Source: Alkalispirochaeta sp. (lineage in GTDB: Bacteria; Spirochaetota; Spirochaetia; DSM-27196; Alkalispirochaetaceae). Taken from it: a DNA stretch of 64,000 bases. The notes under the pieces were generated by a model that was not told where the DNA came from, ran no database searches, and worked only from the letters and a program-made list of their open reading frames with translations. Location: positions 352,001 through 416,000 of the forward strand of contig CBDESZ010000004.1 in the NCBI GenBank assembly GCA_965242725.1. The letters are read 5' to 3'. Position numbers and translations under genes: made by a program. The stretch's first letter is position 1. Each line of letters starts with the position of its first letter. Shown here in pieces: positions 29,101-38,651 of this stretch.

Positions 29101-29825
29101 CAAAGGGCCGAGACGCCGTTGCGGTTGTCGGCGACGTCAATGCCGAGGCTTGATGGCGCCTGGGCGAACAGCTGTTGCGCCATGGCGCAATCGCCGATCC
29201 GGAGTTCGCTCAAGATCCACGCCTGATACGCGTTTTGGGCGACGGGGCGGGCGGCCAGACCGCCGCTCATGTCGGCTAGCTCAAGGGCCTCGCTGAAGGC
29301 GGCGCGGTAGGCCGTCGGGTCGCCGCCGGCGGCGGCGAGGGCGGTGGCATAGCCCCAGGTTGCCTCGGCGCGGGCGAGAATGGTGTCGGCGCGGCGGCGG
29401 GACATGTCGAAGTACCTGACGGCGGTGCGCATGTCGCCGATTTCCATGAATTCGGACGCGAGCGCGAGGTAGTGGGAGAAGCTGAATTGATGGTCGGCGC
29501 GCTCAATAATCGTGCTGGCGTCGCTGACGAGGGCGATCTTTTCGGTGCGCAGTTGCCGGACGATGGCGCGCCCATCATGGGTGGACCCGGCGGCACTCAA
29601 CTGGCGATTGATGTCGCCGACGCGGGTGACGATTTGGGCGATGCGTTGGGTTTGCGCCAGACGCTCGGCGGCGGGGCCGGCGATTGAATGCTGCCAGGCG
29701 GCGAAACCGGCGACGGCTAGGGAAACCAACAACGCGACGACGGCGACCAGGGCGGCGGTGTGATCGCGGTGGGGTACGCGATCGACAACGCGCGCGGTCG
29801 GCGGCGTTTGGTTCGCTCGGCGCAT
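29040..29825 (-). CDS. Hypothetical membrane-anchored helical (TPR-like) protein
   Basis: One N-terminal TM, a coiled segment and helical Ala/Tyr repeats. Its 3' end overlaps the DUF62 gene by about 60 bp. Confidence 0.55.
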   Translation of the reverse strand: MRRANQTPPTARVVDRVPHRDHTAALVAVVALLVSLAVAGFAAWQHSIAGPAAERLAQTQRIAQIVTRVGDINRQLSAAGSTHDGRAIVRQLRTEKIALVSDASTIIERADHQFSFSHYLALASEFMEIGDMRTAVRYFDMSRRRADTILARAEATWGYATALAAAGGDPTAYRAAFSEALELADMSGGLAARPVAQNAYQAWILSELRIGDCAMAQQLFAQAPSSLGIDVADNRNGVSALCQPTTMPSPSPRPSTTSARP

Positions 29826-29993
29826 TTCCGCGATGATCCCATCGCAAGGGGTCGGGCGCGGCCCCCGTTTGGGTGACGGTAGCTAAAAAGATATTGGTGG
29901 CATGTGGGTGGCAGTCGGGTGGCAGATGGCTGGCAAAAACGGGTGCATTCGGTCCGGGGCTGTGGTTTAGTCCGTCGCGGAAGGAGAACAAAT

Positions 29994-30419
29994 ATGGAAC
30001 AAAGAGTCAGCTTGATCACCCTGGGGGTGGCGGATTTGGCGCGAGCGAAGGGGTTTTACGAGGGTGTGTTGGGCTGGCAGGCGAAGGACGGGCCGCCGGG
30101 AGTGGTGTTCTTCGACCTGGGCGGGTTGGTGTTCGGGCTTTACCCGCACGATGCGCTGGCGGCGGAGATGGGGCTCGAGGTCGGGACCCTGGGCCGCTAC
30201 CGGGGTGGCACCCTGGCGCACAACTTGCGCAGCGAGGCGGACGTCGACGACCTGTTCGTGCGGCTGGCGCAGCGCGACGTGACGATCCTGAAGATGCCGG
30301 AGAAGGTGTTCTGGGGCGGCTACTCGGGATACTTCGCCGACCCGGACGGCCACATCTGGGAGGCGGCGTTCAATCCGTTTTGGCCGCTGGACGACGCCGG
30401 GCGGGTGTCGTTGCCTTAA
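29994..30419 (+). CDS. VOC/glyoxalase family protein
   Basis: RVSLITLGVADL..AKGFYE and FWGGYSGYFADPDGHIWE. SD AAGGAG. Confidence 0.92.
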   Translation: MEQRVSLITLGVADLARAKGFYEGVLGWQAKDGPPGVVFFDLGGLVFGLYPHDALAAEMGLEVGTLGRYRGGTLAHNLRSEADVDDLFVRLAQRDVTILKMPEKVFWGGYSGYFADPDGHIWEAAFNPFWPLDDAGRVSLP

Positions 30420-30426
30420 CCGGACG

Positions 30427-31218
30427 TCAAGTCGCCTTCATGGCGCCGCCGTCGACGGCGATGAGGGAGCCGGTGACGTAGCTGGCCGGTTCGCCGGCGA
30501 GGAAGGCGGCGACGGCGGCGAACTCCTGGACGGAGCCATAGCGCGCGGCGGGGATTTGCGCCTTGGTGGCGGCCTCAATTTCGGCGAGGGACTGGCCGGT
30601 GCGCTCGGCGGTGGCGGCGTCGAGTTCGCCGATGCGGTCGGTGGCGATGCGGCCGGGCATGATGACGTTCATGGTGACGCCGTCGGCGGCGACGGCGAGG
30701 CTCAGGGTCTTGGACCAATTGGTGATGGCGGCGCGAATGGTGTTGGAGATGCCGAGCACCGGGATCGGCTGGCGGACGCCGGACGAGGCGACGGTGATGA
30801 CGCGGCCCCAGCCGTTGGCGCGCATGGCCGGCAGCAACCGGGTGGTGAGGGTCATCAGGCTCAAGAACATGGCCTGAAACTGGGCCTGCCAGAGGTCGGC
30901 GGCGACATCGGCGATGGGACCGGGCGGCGGGCCGCCGGTGTTGTTGACGAGGATGTCGACGCGGCCGTCGAAGGCGGCCAGGGCGGCGTCGGCCAAGGCG
31001 TCGACCTGACCGGGGTCGGCGACGTCGCAGGCGTGGGGCACGACGCGGACGCCGTGGTCGGCGGCCATGGTTTCGGCGTTGGCTTGCAGGCGGTCGAGGT
31101 TGCGGCTGGCGATCATCAGGTTGGCGCCCTCGGCCGCCAGAGCCTCGGCGATGCCGGCGCCGATGCCGCGGCTGGCGCCCAACACGAGCGCCGACTTGCC
31201 GTTTAGTCCGAGATCCAT
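30427..31218 (-). CDS. SDR family oxidoreductase (3-oxoacyl-ACP reductase-like, atypical active site)
   Basis: GASRGIG, NNTGGPP, SNTIR in place of YxxxK, and VTGSLIAVDGG. Confidence 0.9.
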   Translation of the reverse strand: MDLGLNGKSALVLGASRGIGAGIAEALAAEGANLMIASRNLDRLQANAETMAADHGVRVVPHACDVADPGQVDALADAALAAFDGRVDILVNNTGGPPPGPIADVAADLWQAQFQAMFLSLMTLTTRLLPAMRANGWGRVITVASSGVRQPIPVLGISNTIRAAITNWSKTLSLAVAADGVTMNVIMPGRIATDRIGELDAATAERTGQSLAEIEAATKAQIPAARYGSVQEFAAVAAFLAGEPASYVTGSLIAVDGGAMKAT

Positions 31219-31276
31219 GGCCCCTGCCCTGCTGTCAAAAATCCGGCGCTACGGTGCCGGGGTGACAGACGGCAAG

Positions 31277-32002
31277 TCAAGGGAAGGCGCAGCGGTCGGC
31301 GGTGACGTCGATGAAGGACTGGGCGCCGGGGGTCAGGGTAAAGCGGAACTCGCTGTCGCCGACGACGACGGAATGCTGCAGGGGCAGCACGCCGCGGGCG
31401 GTGCTGATGTCGCCGGAGATGTGGGTGAACTTGGCGGCAACGGGCAACGCCGGGTCGTACCAACCGACCAGTTCGCCGGTGCCGTCGCGGGCGGCCTCGC
31501 CGAGGGCGGTGACGGCGATGGTGTTGTCGGCAAAGCTGACGGTGTCGTTGGAGTTGGTGCCGCCGCCGGCGACGTTGGCGATGAACCGGCGGGTGGTCGG
31601 CTCGACATCGCACTGGCGCACGGGGCTGACATTGGCGATGACAAAGGCGATGCGGTCGCCGGCGACGCCGGCGTCGGCGCGGTCCTGGATCATGTCGAGC
31701 ATGTCGCGTTCGCTCGGGGTGGGAATCTGGCGGCGGACCTGGGCAAGCTCGGTGCGGGTGCGGGCCAGTTCGGCGGCCAACTCCTCGACCTGGACGCGCA
31801 GGCCCTCGGACTGCTGCAGGGTGCCGGTGAGCTGGCCTTGGAGGACGGCGACGTCCTGCTGGGCCAGATCGGTGCCGATGTCGTAGGACCAGGTGCCCGC
31901 GGCGGCGACAACGCCGATGCCGATGGCCCAACGAAACAGTGTCCAGAAATTGCGGCGCCGGCGGCGCACGCGTCCGCGTTCCTCGGACAGACCCAGGGTC
32001 AT
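31277..32002 (-). CDS. Hypothetical protein (basic N-terminus, single TM, coiled coil, C-terminal beta domain with two Cys)
   Basis: Clean ORF with SD-like AAGGGGA and codon usage like its neighbours. No recognisable family. Confidence 0.65.
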   Translation of the reverse strand: MTLGLSEERGRVRRRRRNFWTLFRWAIGIGVVAAAGTWSYDIGTDLAQQDVAVLQGQLTGTLQQSEGLRVQVEELAAELARTRTELAQVRRQIPTPSERDMLDMIQDRADAGVAGDRIAFVIANVSPVRQCDVEPTTRRFIANVAGGGTNSNDTVSFADNTIAVTALGEAARDGTGELVGWYDPALPVAAKFTHISGDISTARGVLPLQHSVVVGDSEFRFTLTPGAQSFIDVTADRCAFP

Positions 32003-32107
32003 GGTTCCGATATTCCCCTTCGCAATCGACCGAAGTTCTAATGCGGGTGCGGGGCGCGTCGCAAGCGGGCGTCGGTGACAAAGCACGGACGCCCGCTTGG
32101 CACGGGG

Positions 32108-34710
32108 TCAGGTCAACAGGGGATCGGTGAGCACCTCGACCAGCACCGGGCCGTCGGCGGCGAAGGCGCGCGCGAACGCGGCGGGCAGGTCGTCGGGGTC
32201 GTCGACGCGGATGCCGAGGCCGCCGCAGAGCTCGGCATACTCGGCGAAGTTGGGGTTTTGCAAGCTGGTCTGCCAGACCTGCCATTCGCCGTCGCGCTGT
32301 TCCTTGGAGATCTTGCCGAGTTCGCCGTTGTGCAACAGCACGTGGACGATGTTCATGCCGTACTTCACGGCGGTGGTGAACTCGGCGAGGTATTGGCCGA
32401 AACCGCCGTCGCCGCTGACGGAGACGACGCGGCGGTCGGCGCCGACGGCGGCCCAGGCGCCCATGGCGGCGGGGAAGCCGAAGCCGATGGAGCCGAGGTA
32501 GCCGGACATGAGCACGGTCTGGCCGGCGCACTCAAAGTAGCGGCCGAAGGAGTAAGTGTTGTTGCGACGTCGACGCTGATCACGGCGTCGTCGGGGATGG
32601 CCTCGGCGAGGTGCTGGAACAGGATGGCCGAGTTGATGCCGGCGCCGTTGTCCTGGGCCTGGCGGGTGGCCTTTTCGGCGCGCCAGTCGGCCCACAGAGC
32701 GGCGACAGCCGAGCGCTGGTCGGCGCAGGCGCGGTCGGCCGGCAAGCGGTCGCGCATGAGGGCGGCGGTGACGGCGATGTCGCCCCACACGGCCTCGTCG
32801 ACGGCGTGGAACTTGCCGAGAGCCATACGGTCGAAGTCGACCTGGATGGTCGGTTTGCGAGCGTCGATGCCGGTGTGGTTGGAGAACGAGGCGCCGAAGA
32901 CTATGAGCAGGTCGGCGTCGTTCATCAGGGTGCTGGCGACGGGGGTGCCGCTGCGGCCGAGCACACCGCCGCCTAAGGGGTGGGCGTCGCCAATTTGGCC
33001 CTTGGCCTTAAAGGTGGTGATGACCGGGGCGGCCAGGGCCTCGGCCAGTTGCACGACCTCGGCCATGCCGTCGCGGGCGCCGTAACCAACGATGATCAGC
33101 GGCCGCTTGGCGCGGGCGACACGATACATGGCCATGTCGACGGCGCCGGCCGGCGGGGTGATGGCGTGGGCGGCGACGCGGCCCTCGCGCCGGCCGGGGC
33201 CGGCCTCGCCGGCGTCGAGGACCTGGACCTCGTCGGGCAGGATGAGGTGGGCGACGTCGCGTTGGATGATCGCCGTCTTCAGGGCCAGGGAGGTGAGCTC
33301 GGCACCGTCGCTGTCGTGGAGGACGGTTTGGCTGAAGCTGGCGACGGCCTCGAACGCCGATGCCAGGTCGATTTCCTGGAAGGCGCCGGGACCCATGACC
33401 TGGGTGTTGACCTGGCCGGTCAAGGCGAGGACGGGCGCGCGGTCGACCTTGGCGTCCCACAAGCCGGTCAGCAGATTGGTGGCGCCGGGGCCGGCGATGG
33501 ACAGGCAGGCGGCGGGACGGCCGCTGGCCTTGGCGTAGCCGGCGCAGGCGAAGGCGGCGGCGGCCTCGTGGCGGATGCCGAAGAACCGCATGGCGCCGCG
33601 GGACTCCTGAATGCGCAGGGCCTCGGCCATGCCGAGGTTGGAATGGCCGACCATGCCGAACACGGTGTCGACGCCCCACTCGGCCATGGTCTCGGCGATG
33701 ACGTGGCTCATGGTCCACTGGGAATGGGCGGGGTCGGGGGCGGCGATTTCGACCTGGCCGTCGACCTCGCGGACCTTGAGGGTGGTGGCGACGTCGTCGT
33801 TGCCGACGCCCTTGCCGGTCTTGAGGTTGAACTTGTAGCCATGCCACGGGCATTGCAGGGCACCATCGCTGACGCTGCCGTCGGCCAAGGGGCCGCCTTG
33901 GTGGGGACAACGGGCATCCATGGCGAACCAGGCGTCGCCGTCGCCGACCAAGGCGACCTGGCTGTTGCCGACGGTGACGAGATGGGGGCGGCCGGGCGGG
34001 AAATCGGCGGCGGCGCCAACGGCGATCCACTTTTCCTCGCCATCGTCGGCGCTGCGCGCGGCGGCGGAGATGGTGCGGCCCTCGTCATCGGCGAAGGCGG
34101 CGTACCAGTGGGTGCCGTCGCAGAACGGCTTGTTGCGGGACCGGCCGCAGCGGCACAGGGCGTAGTGCTCGGTGCCGACGCCCTCGCCGAACTCGGCACC
34201 GTCTAGTTCGATGCCGCCGCGCACCCAATAGGGGCCGTCGCGGGAAACGATGATGGCCGGGTCGCTGAAGTAGTCGGTGTGGACCGCGCCGTCGCGCTCG
34301 TAGGCCAAGGCGCCCGAGGGGCAGGCGTGGATGACGTCGACGGTGTCGGCCGCGGCGGCGCCGTCGGGGTCGATCCACGGCTCCATGGCGCGCCATACGG
34401 ACGGCAACCGGGCGGTGCAAAAACCGGCGTGGGCGCAGGTGCCCCGGTTGTCGCGGACGGTGATGTCGGCGCCGGCGTAGACGTCGAGCTGGTCGGGGAC
34501 CCGGTCGTCCTGCTTGGCATCGGTGAAGCCGATGGAGACGTGGGTGCCGTCGCAGAACGGCTTGGTCTTGGAGGCGCCGCAGCGGCACAAGGCCATGGTC
34601 TTCTTGGTGGCGATGGCCTCGCCGCGGGAGTTTCGGAAATCGGTGACCCCGGTGACCTTCAGGGGTCCGTCGTCGAGGGGTGTGATGGTCGGCTTCGCGT
34701 CCTCGGTCAT
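32108..34710 (-). pseudogene. Multi-domain fusion CDGSH / divergent 4Fe-4S ferredoxin / CDGSH / Rieske / pyruvate oxidase-like ThDP enzyme; apparent 1-base deletion at about 32565 (possibly a sequencing error)
   Basis: CRCGASKTKPFCDGTH; CAHAGFC...CPSGAL; CRCGRSRNKPFCDGTH; CPH...CPWH; RHEAAAAF; GPGATN. After the frameshift come DVGNNTY, GSIGFGFP and GDGG...HN. Adding one base gives about 867 aa. Confidence 0.85.
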
Positions 34711-34746
34711 AACTGCCCTTCCCAGCAGAACGACGTCACCCGAGGA

Positions 34747-35646
34747 TCACAATACCTCGCGCAGGACGATCCAGGCCATAGCGACGCCGATGATGGCGAA
34801 CAGGACGGCGATGACCTTCTCCATGGCGTGGCTGGAGATCTTGCCCTGAAGGCGGGGGCCGATCTGGCCGCCGATGATGACGCCGGGGATGGTGTACATG
34901 ACCAGGTTCCAGGGCACCGCCGACAGGCCGCCCTCGGCGACCAGGGCGGATATCTGGGTGAAAGAGGCGGAGGCGACGACGACGATGACGACGAGCACCG
35001 ACGTGGCGGCGGCGACGGGCACGGGGACGCGGTTACGCTTGACGAGCTGCGGCATCACGACCTCGCCAATGCCGACGGACAACATGCCGGTGAGGAAGGC
35101 GCCGAGGCCGGTGAACACGGCGCCGATGCCCTGGCGCGGCGCGACGTAAGTGTAGGTCTGGCCATCGCGGGCGGTGATGGAGCGGGTCGGCCGGGCATCG
35201 GCGGCGCCGACGGACAGGTTGGCCGGGGCGTCGTCGGCCGCGGGCTGCTCGTGGGGGGCGGTGTGGCGCAGCAGGATGACCGCAAGGACGAGCATCAGCA
35301 CGGCGTAGGCGCCCTTGAGCAGATTGGGCTCGGTGGCCTGGGCGAGGAGCGCGCCGACGATGCCGATGGGCACGCCGACGGCGATGAACTGGACGGCGCC
35401 GCGGAAATCGATCAGGCGCTTGCGGTAGTAGCCGACGAAGCCGGAAGAAAAGCCGAAGGTCTCGGTCAACAGGGCGACGCCGATGGCGGCGACGGGGCTC
35501 GCCAGGGGATACTCGGGGCCAAGCAGCGGGAAGATGATCAGGAAGATGGGGGTGAACAGGGCGGCGCCGCCGATCCCGCTGAGCATCGCCATGGTGGCAA
35601 CGCCCATGGACACCGGCAGCATGAACCAATAGAGGGTAAAGTCCAT
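34747..35646 (-). CDS. TauE/SafE family (sulfite exporter-like) membrane protein
   Basis: Two inverted halves with SGIGGAALFTP and SVGIGEVVMP, AAATS, and GVIIGGQIG. About 8 TM. Confidence 0.87.
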   Translation of the reverse strand: MDFTLYWFMLPVSMGVATMAMLSGIGGAALFTPIFLIIFPLLGPEYPLASPVAAIGVALLTETFGFSSGFVGYYRKRLIDFRGAVQFIAVGVPIGIVGALLAQATEPNLLKGAYAVLMLVLAVILLRHTAPHEQPAADDAPANLSVGAADARPTRSITARDGQTYTYVAPRQGIGAVFTGLGAFLTGMLSVGIGEVVMPQLVKRNRVPVPVAAATSVLVVIVVVASASFTQISALVAEGGLSAVPWNLVMYTIPGVIIGGQIGPRLQGKISSHAMEKVIAVLFAIIGVAMAWIVLREVL

Positions 35647-35776
35647 GGCGCTGAACGAACTCCGCGTGCTTGACTCGTGACCGTACTGGCTGGCCGAAGC
35701 GCGCTCAACGCGGCCGGCGACAAATCTGGCGGGCCGGCTCTCACTTTGTTGTGTATGGCGTTAGGTTTTTCCGACG

Positions 35777-37027
35777 ATGACAATTTCGATGCAAGTTGCT
35801 GAAAACGTTGATGAAAGCCGGCTGTGGCAGCGCCACGTCGAGATGGCGGCGCACGGCGCGCGGGCGGACGGCGGGGTCGACCGCCAGGCGCTATCGGCGG
35901 CCGACATCGCGGCGCGGCGGCAGCTGATCGCCTGGGCGACGGACCTGGAGCTGACCTGCCTGCACGATGCCATCGGCAACCTGTACGTGCGGCTGGAGGG
36001 CCAGGACCCGGGCGCGGCGCCGGTGATGACGGGCAGCCACCTGGACAGTCAGCCGACGGGGGGCAAGTACGACGGCACCTATGGCGTGCTGGCGGGGCTG
36101 GAGGCGCTGCAGGCGATCCAGGCGACGGGGCGGACGCCGGCGCGGCCGATCGAAGCGGTGGCGTGGACCAACGAAGAAGGCAGCCGGTTCCTGCCGGGCT
36201 GCATGGGGTCCGGGGTGATGACCGGGGCGCTGGCGCTGGACGACGTGCTGAAGGCGGAGGACTGGGACGGGGTCGCCGTGGCCGACGCGCTGCGCGAGAC
36301 GCTGGCGGCGGTACCGGCGCTGGCGACGCGGGAGGCGCGGACGCCGGTGGCCTACGTCGAGGCGCACATCGAACAAGGGCCGGTGCTGGAAGGCGCCGGC
36401 TGCACCATCGGGGCGGTGACGGGGATCCAAGGCAACCAGCGGTATCGGGTGCAGGTGACCGGGGCGGAGGCGCATTCGGGGACGACGCCGCGGGCGGCGC
36501 GGCAAGACGCGGTGGCGGCGGCGGCGGCGATGGTAACGGCGCTGTACGAGGCGACGGCGGACGACGGCGACGTGGCGCGGTTTACGGTGGGGCGGTTCGA
36601 TGTCAGCCCCGGGGCGGTGAACACGGTGGCCGGGACGGTGACGTTCACGATCGACTTGCGGCATCCGGAGGCCGCGGCGCTGGCCGAACTGGCGGCGGTG
36701 ATCGCGCCGACCTGCGAGCGCTTGGCGGGGCGCTGTGCGGTGACCGTCGAGAAGGCATCGGACACGGCGCCGGTGGCATTCGACGGCGACATGGTGGCGA
36801 TGGTGGAACGCCACGCGGCGGCGTTGAACCTGCCGACCATGGCGCTGCCGTCGGGCGCCGGGCATGACGCGATCCACCTGGCCGGCGTGTGTCCGACGGC
36901 GATGGTGTTCGTGCCGTGCGCCGGCGGCGTCAGCCACAACCCGGCCGAGAGCGCGACGCCGGGCGACTTGGCGGCGGGCACGCGGGTGCTCGCCGCGTGC
37001 CTGGCGGAGTTAGCGGGTTTGGAGTAA
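35777..37027 (+). CDS. M20 Zn-dependent amidohydrolase (N-carbamoyl-amino acid/allantoate amidohydrolase family)
   Basis: GSHLDSQPTGGKYDG, TNEEGSRF, EAHIEQGP, GAGHDA and SHNPAE. Confidence 0.92.
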   Translation: MTISMQVAENVDESRLWQRHVEMAAHGARADGGVDRQALSAADIAARRQLIAWATDLELTCLHDAIGNLYVRLEGQDPGAAPVMTGSHLDSQPTGGKYDGTYGVLAGLEALQAIQATGRTPARPIEAVAWTNEEGSRFLPGCMGSGVMTGALALDDVLKAEDWDGVAVADALRETLAAVPALATREARTPVAYVEAHIEQGPVLEGAGCTIGAVTGIQGNQRYRVQVTGAEAHSGTTPRAARQDAVAAAAAMVTALYEATADDGDVARFTVGRFDVSPGAVNTVAGTVTFTIDLRHPEAAALAELAAVIAPTCERLAGRCAVTVEKASDTAPVAFDGDMVAMVERHAAALNLPTMALPSGAGHDAIHLAGVCPTAMVFVPCAGGVSHNPAESATPGDLAAGTRVLAACLAELAGLE

Positions 37028-37050
37028 ACGGCGCACGGAACCGGGCGGGT

Positions 37051-37189
37051 GGTGCATCGCGCTGCGCTTGATGCACCCTACGCGGGTACTCGTGGTTGGT
37101 GGTGTGTCTGGTGCATCGCGCTTTTGCTCGATGCACCCTACCCTGTCGTTTGTGGTGGATGGGTGCATCGCGCTTTTGCTCGATGCACC
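37051..37189. repeat. Three tandem REP-like palindromes (GTAG family)
   Basis: GGTGCATCGCGCT..GCT(C/T)GATGCACC at 37051-37081, 37110-37141 and 37162-37189. The first two end in CTAC (GTAG on the minus strand). They lie between convergent genes. Confidence 0.75.
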
Positions 37190-37196
37190 TCTCGGG

Positions 37197-38633
37197 TTAA
37201 GGGGCGACGTAGGCTGTCTTGACCGTGGTGTAGAACTCGACCGCGTAGCGGCCTTGTTCGCGGCTGCCGTAGCTGGAGCCCTTTCGGCCGCCGAAGGGGA
37301 CGTGGTAGTCGACGCCGGCGGTCGGCAGGTTGACCATGACCATGCCGGAGGCGGCGTTGGCCTTGTAGTGGCTGGCGTGCTTTAGGGACGTGGTGCAGAT
37401 GCCCGACGACAGGCCGAAGTCGGTGTCGTTGGCGACGGCCACGGCCTCGTCGTAGTCCTTGACCTTGATGACGCTGGCGACGGGGCCGAAGACCTCCTCG
37501 CGATTGATGCGCATGTCGTTGGTGGTGTCGGTGATCAACGCCGGCTGCATGTAGAAGCCGTCCTTGTCGCGTTCGAGGCGGTCGCCGCCGAAGGCCAAGG
37601 TGCCGCCGTCGCGCTGGGCGGTGTCGACGTAGGCCATGTTCTTGGCGAGCTGGTCGGCGTCGACGACGGGGCCGATCTGGGTGCCGTCGGCGAGGGCGTC
37701 GTCGATCTTGAGGTTCTGAATGCCGGAGACGACGGCGTCGACAAACTTGTCGTGGATGCCCGCAGTGACGATCAACCGCGACGAGGCGGTGCAGCGCTGG
37801 CCGGTGGAGAAGAACGCGCCGTTGACGGCACAGCTGACGGCGGTGTCGAGGTCGGCGTCGTCGAGAACCACGAGGGGGTTCTTGCCGCCCATTTCGAGCT
37901 GCACCTTGGCAAGGCGGGCGGCGCAGCGGGCGGCGACGTGGCTGCCGGTTTCGACGGAGCCGGTGAAGCTGACGCCGGCGATGTCGGTGCTGTCGAGAAT
38001 GGCCTCGCCGACGACGCTGCCGCGGCCCATGACCAGGTTGAGGACGCCATCGGGCAAGCCGGCGCGCTTGACGATATCGACCAGGGCCCAGGCGGAGCCG
38101 GGAGCGAGGCCGGCGGGCTTAAACACCACGGCGTTGCCGTAGGCGAGCGCGGGGGCGATTTTCCAGGCCGGGATGGCGATGGGGAAATTCCACGGGGTGA
38201 TGATGCCGACGACGCCGAGGGGCTCGCGGGTCATTTCGACTTCGACGCCGGGGCGGACGGAGGCGATCTTTTCGCCGGGGATGCGCAGGGCCTCGCCGGC
38301 GAAGAACTTGAACACCATGCCGGCGCGGACGACCTCGCCGATGCCCTCGGGCAGGGTCTTGCCCTCCTCGCGGGACAACAGGCGGCCGAGTTCGTCCTTG
38401 CGGGCGAGGATTTCGGTGCCGGCGGCGTCGAGGACGTCGAAGCGCTGTTGCGGGGTCGACGCGGCCCAGCCGGGCGCGGCGGCCTTGGCGGCGCCAATGG
38501 CGGCGGCGACACCGGCGGTGTCGGCCTGGGCATACTCGCCGACGATGTCGCTGACGTCGGACGGGTTAACGTTGGCGGCGGCGGCGCCTTGGTCTTGCCA
38601 CTCGCCACCGATGAGGTTCGCGTGCACGCTCAT
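37197..38633 (-). CDS. Aldehyde dehydrogenase (2-ketoglutarate semialdehyde dehydrogenase-like)
   Basis: ITPWNFP, FTGSVETG, LEMGGKNP, GQRCT, EEVFGP and PFGGRKGSS. Confidence 0.9.
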   Translation of the reverse strand: MSVHANLIGGEWQDQGAAAANVNPSDVSDIVGEYAQADTAGVAAAIGAAKAAAPGWAASTPQQRFDVLDAAGTEILARKDELGRLLSREEGKTLPEGIGEVVRAGMVFKFFAGEALRIPGEKIASVRPGVEVEMTREPLGVVGIITPWNFPIAIPAWKIAPALAYGNAVVFKPAGLAPGSAWALVDIVKRAGLPDGVLNLVMGRGSVVGEAILDSTDIAGVSFTGSVETGSHVAARCAARLAKVQLEMGGKNPLVVLDDADLDTAVSCAVNGAFFSTGQRCTASSRLIVTAGIHDKFVDAVVSGIQNLKIDDALADGTQIGPVVDADQLAKNMAYVDTAQRDGGTLAFGGDRLERDKDGFYMQPALITDTTNDMRINREEVFGPVASVIKVKDYDEAVAVANDTDFGLSSGICTTSLKHASHYKANAASGMVMVNLPTAGVDYHVPFGGRKGSSYGSREQGRYAVEFYTTVKTAYVAP

Positions 38634-38651
38634 GTCTCTCAATCCTCGGTA

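Noticed and set aside
32108..34710. Acetolactate synthase or sulfoacetaldehyde acetyltransferase (xsc)
   Set aside because: No ilvH/ilvC or pta neighbours. The motifs and Fe-S fusions point to a distinct POX-like subgroup.
37051..37189. CRISPR array
   Set aside because: Only three imperfect units, unequal short linkers (28 and 20 bp), and no cas genes or leader. The GTAG-plus-hairpin structure fits REP elements better.
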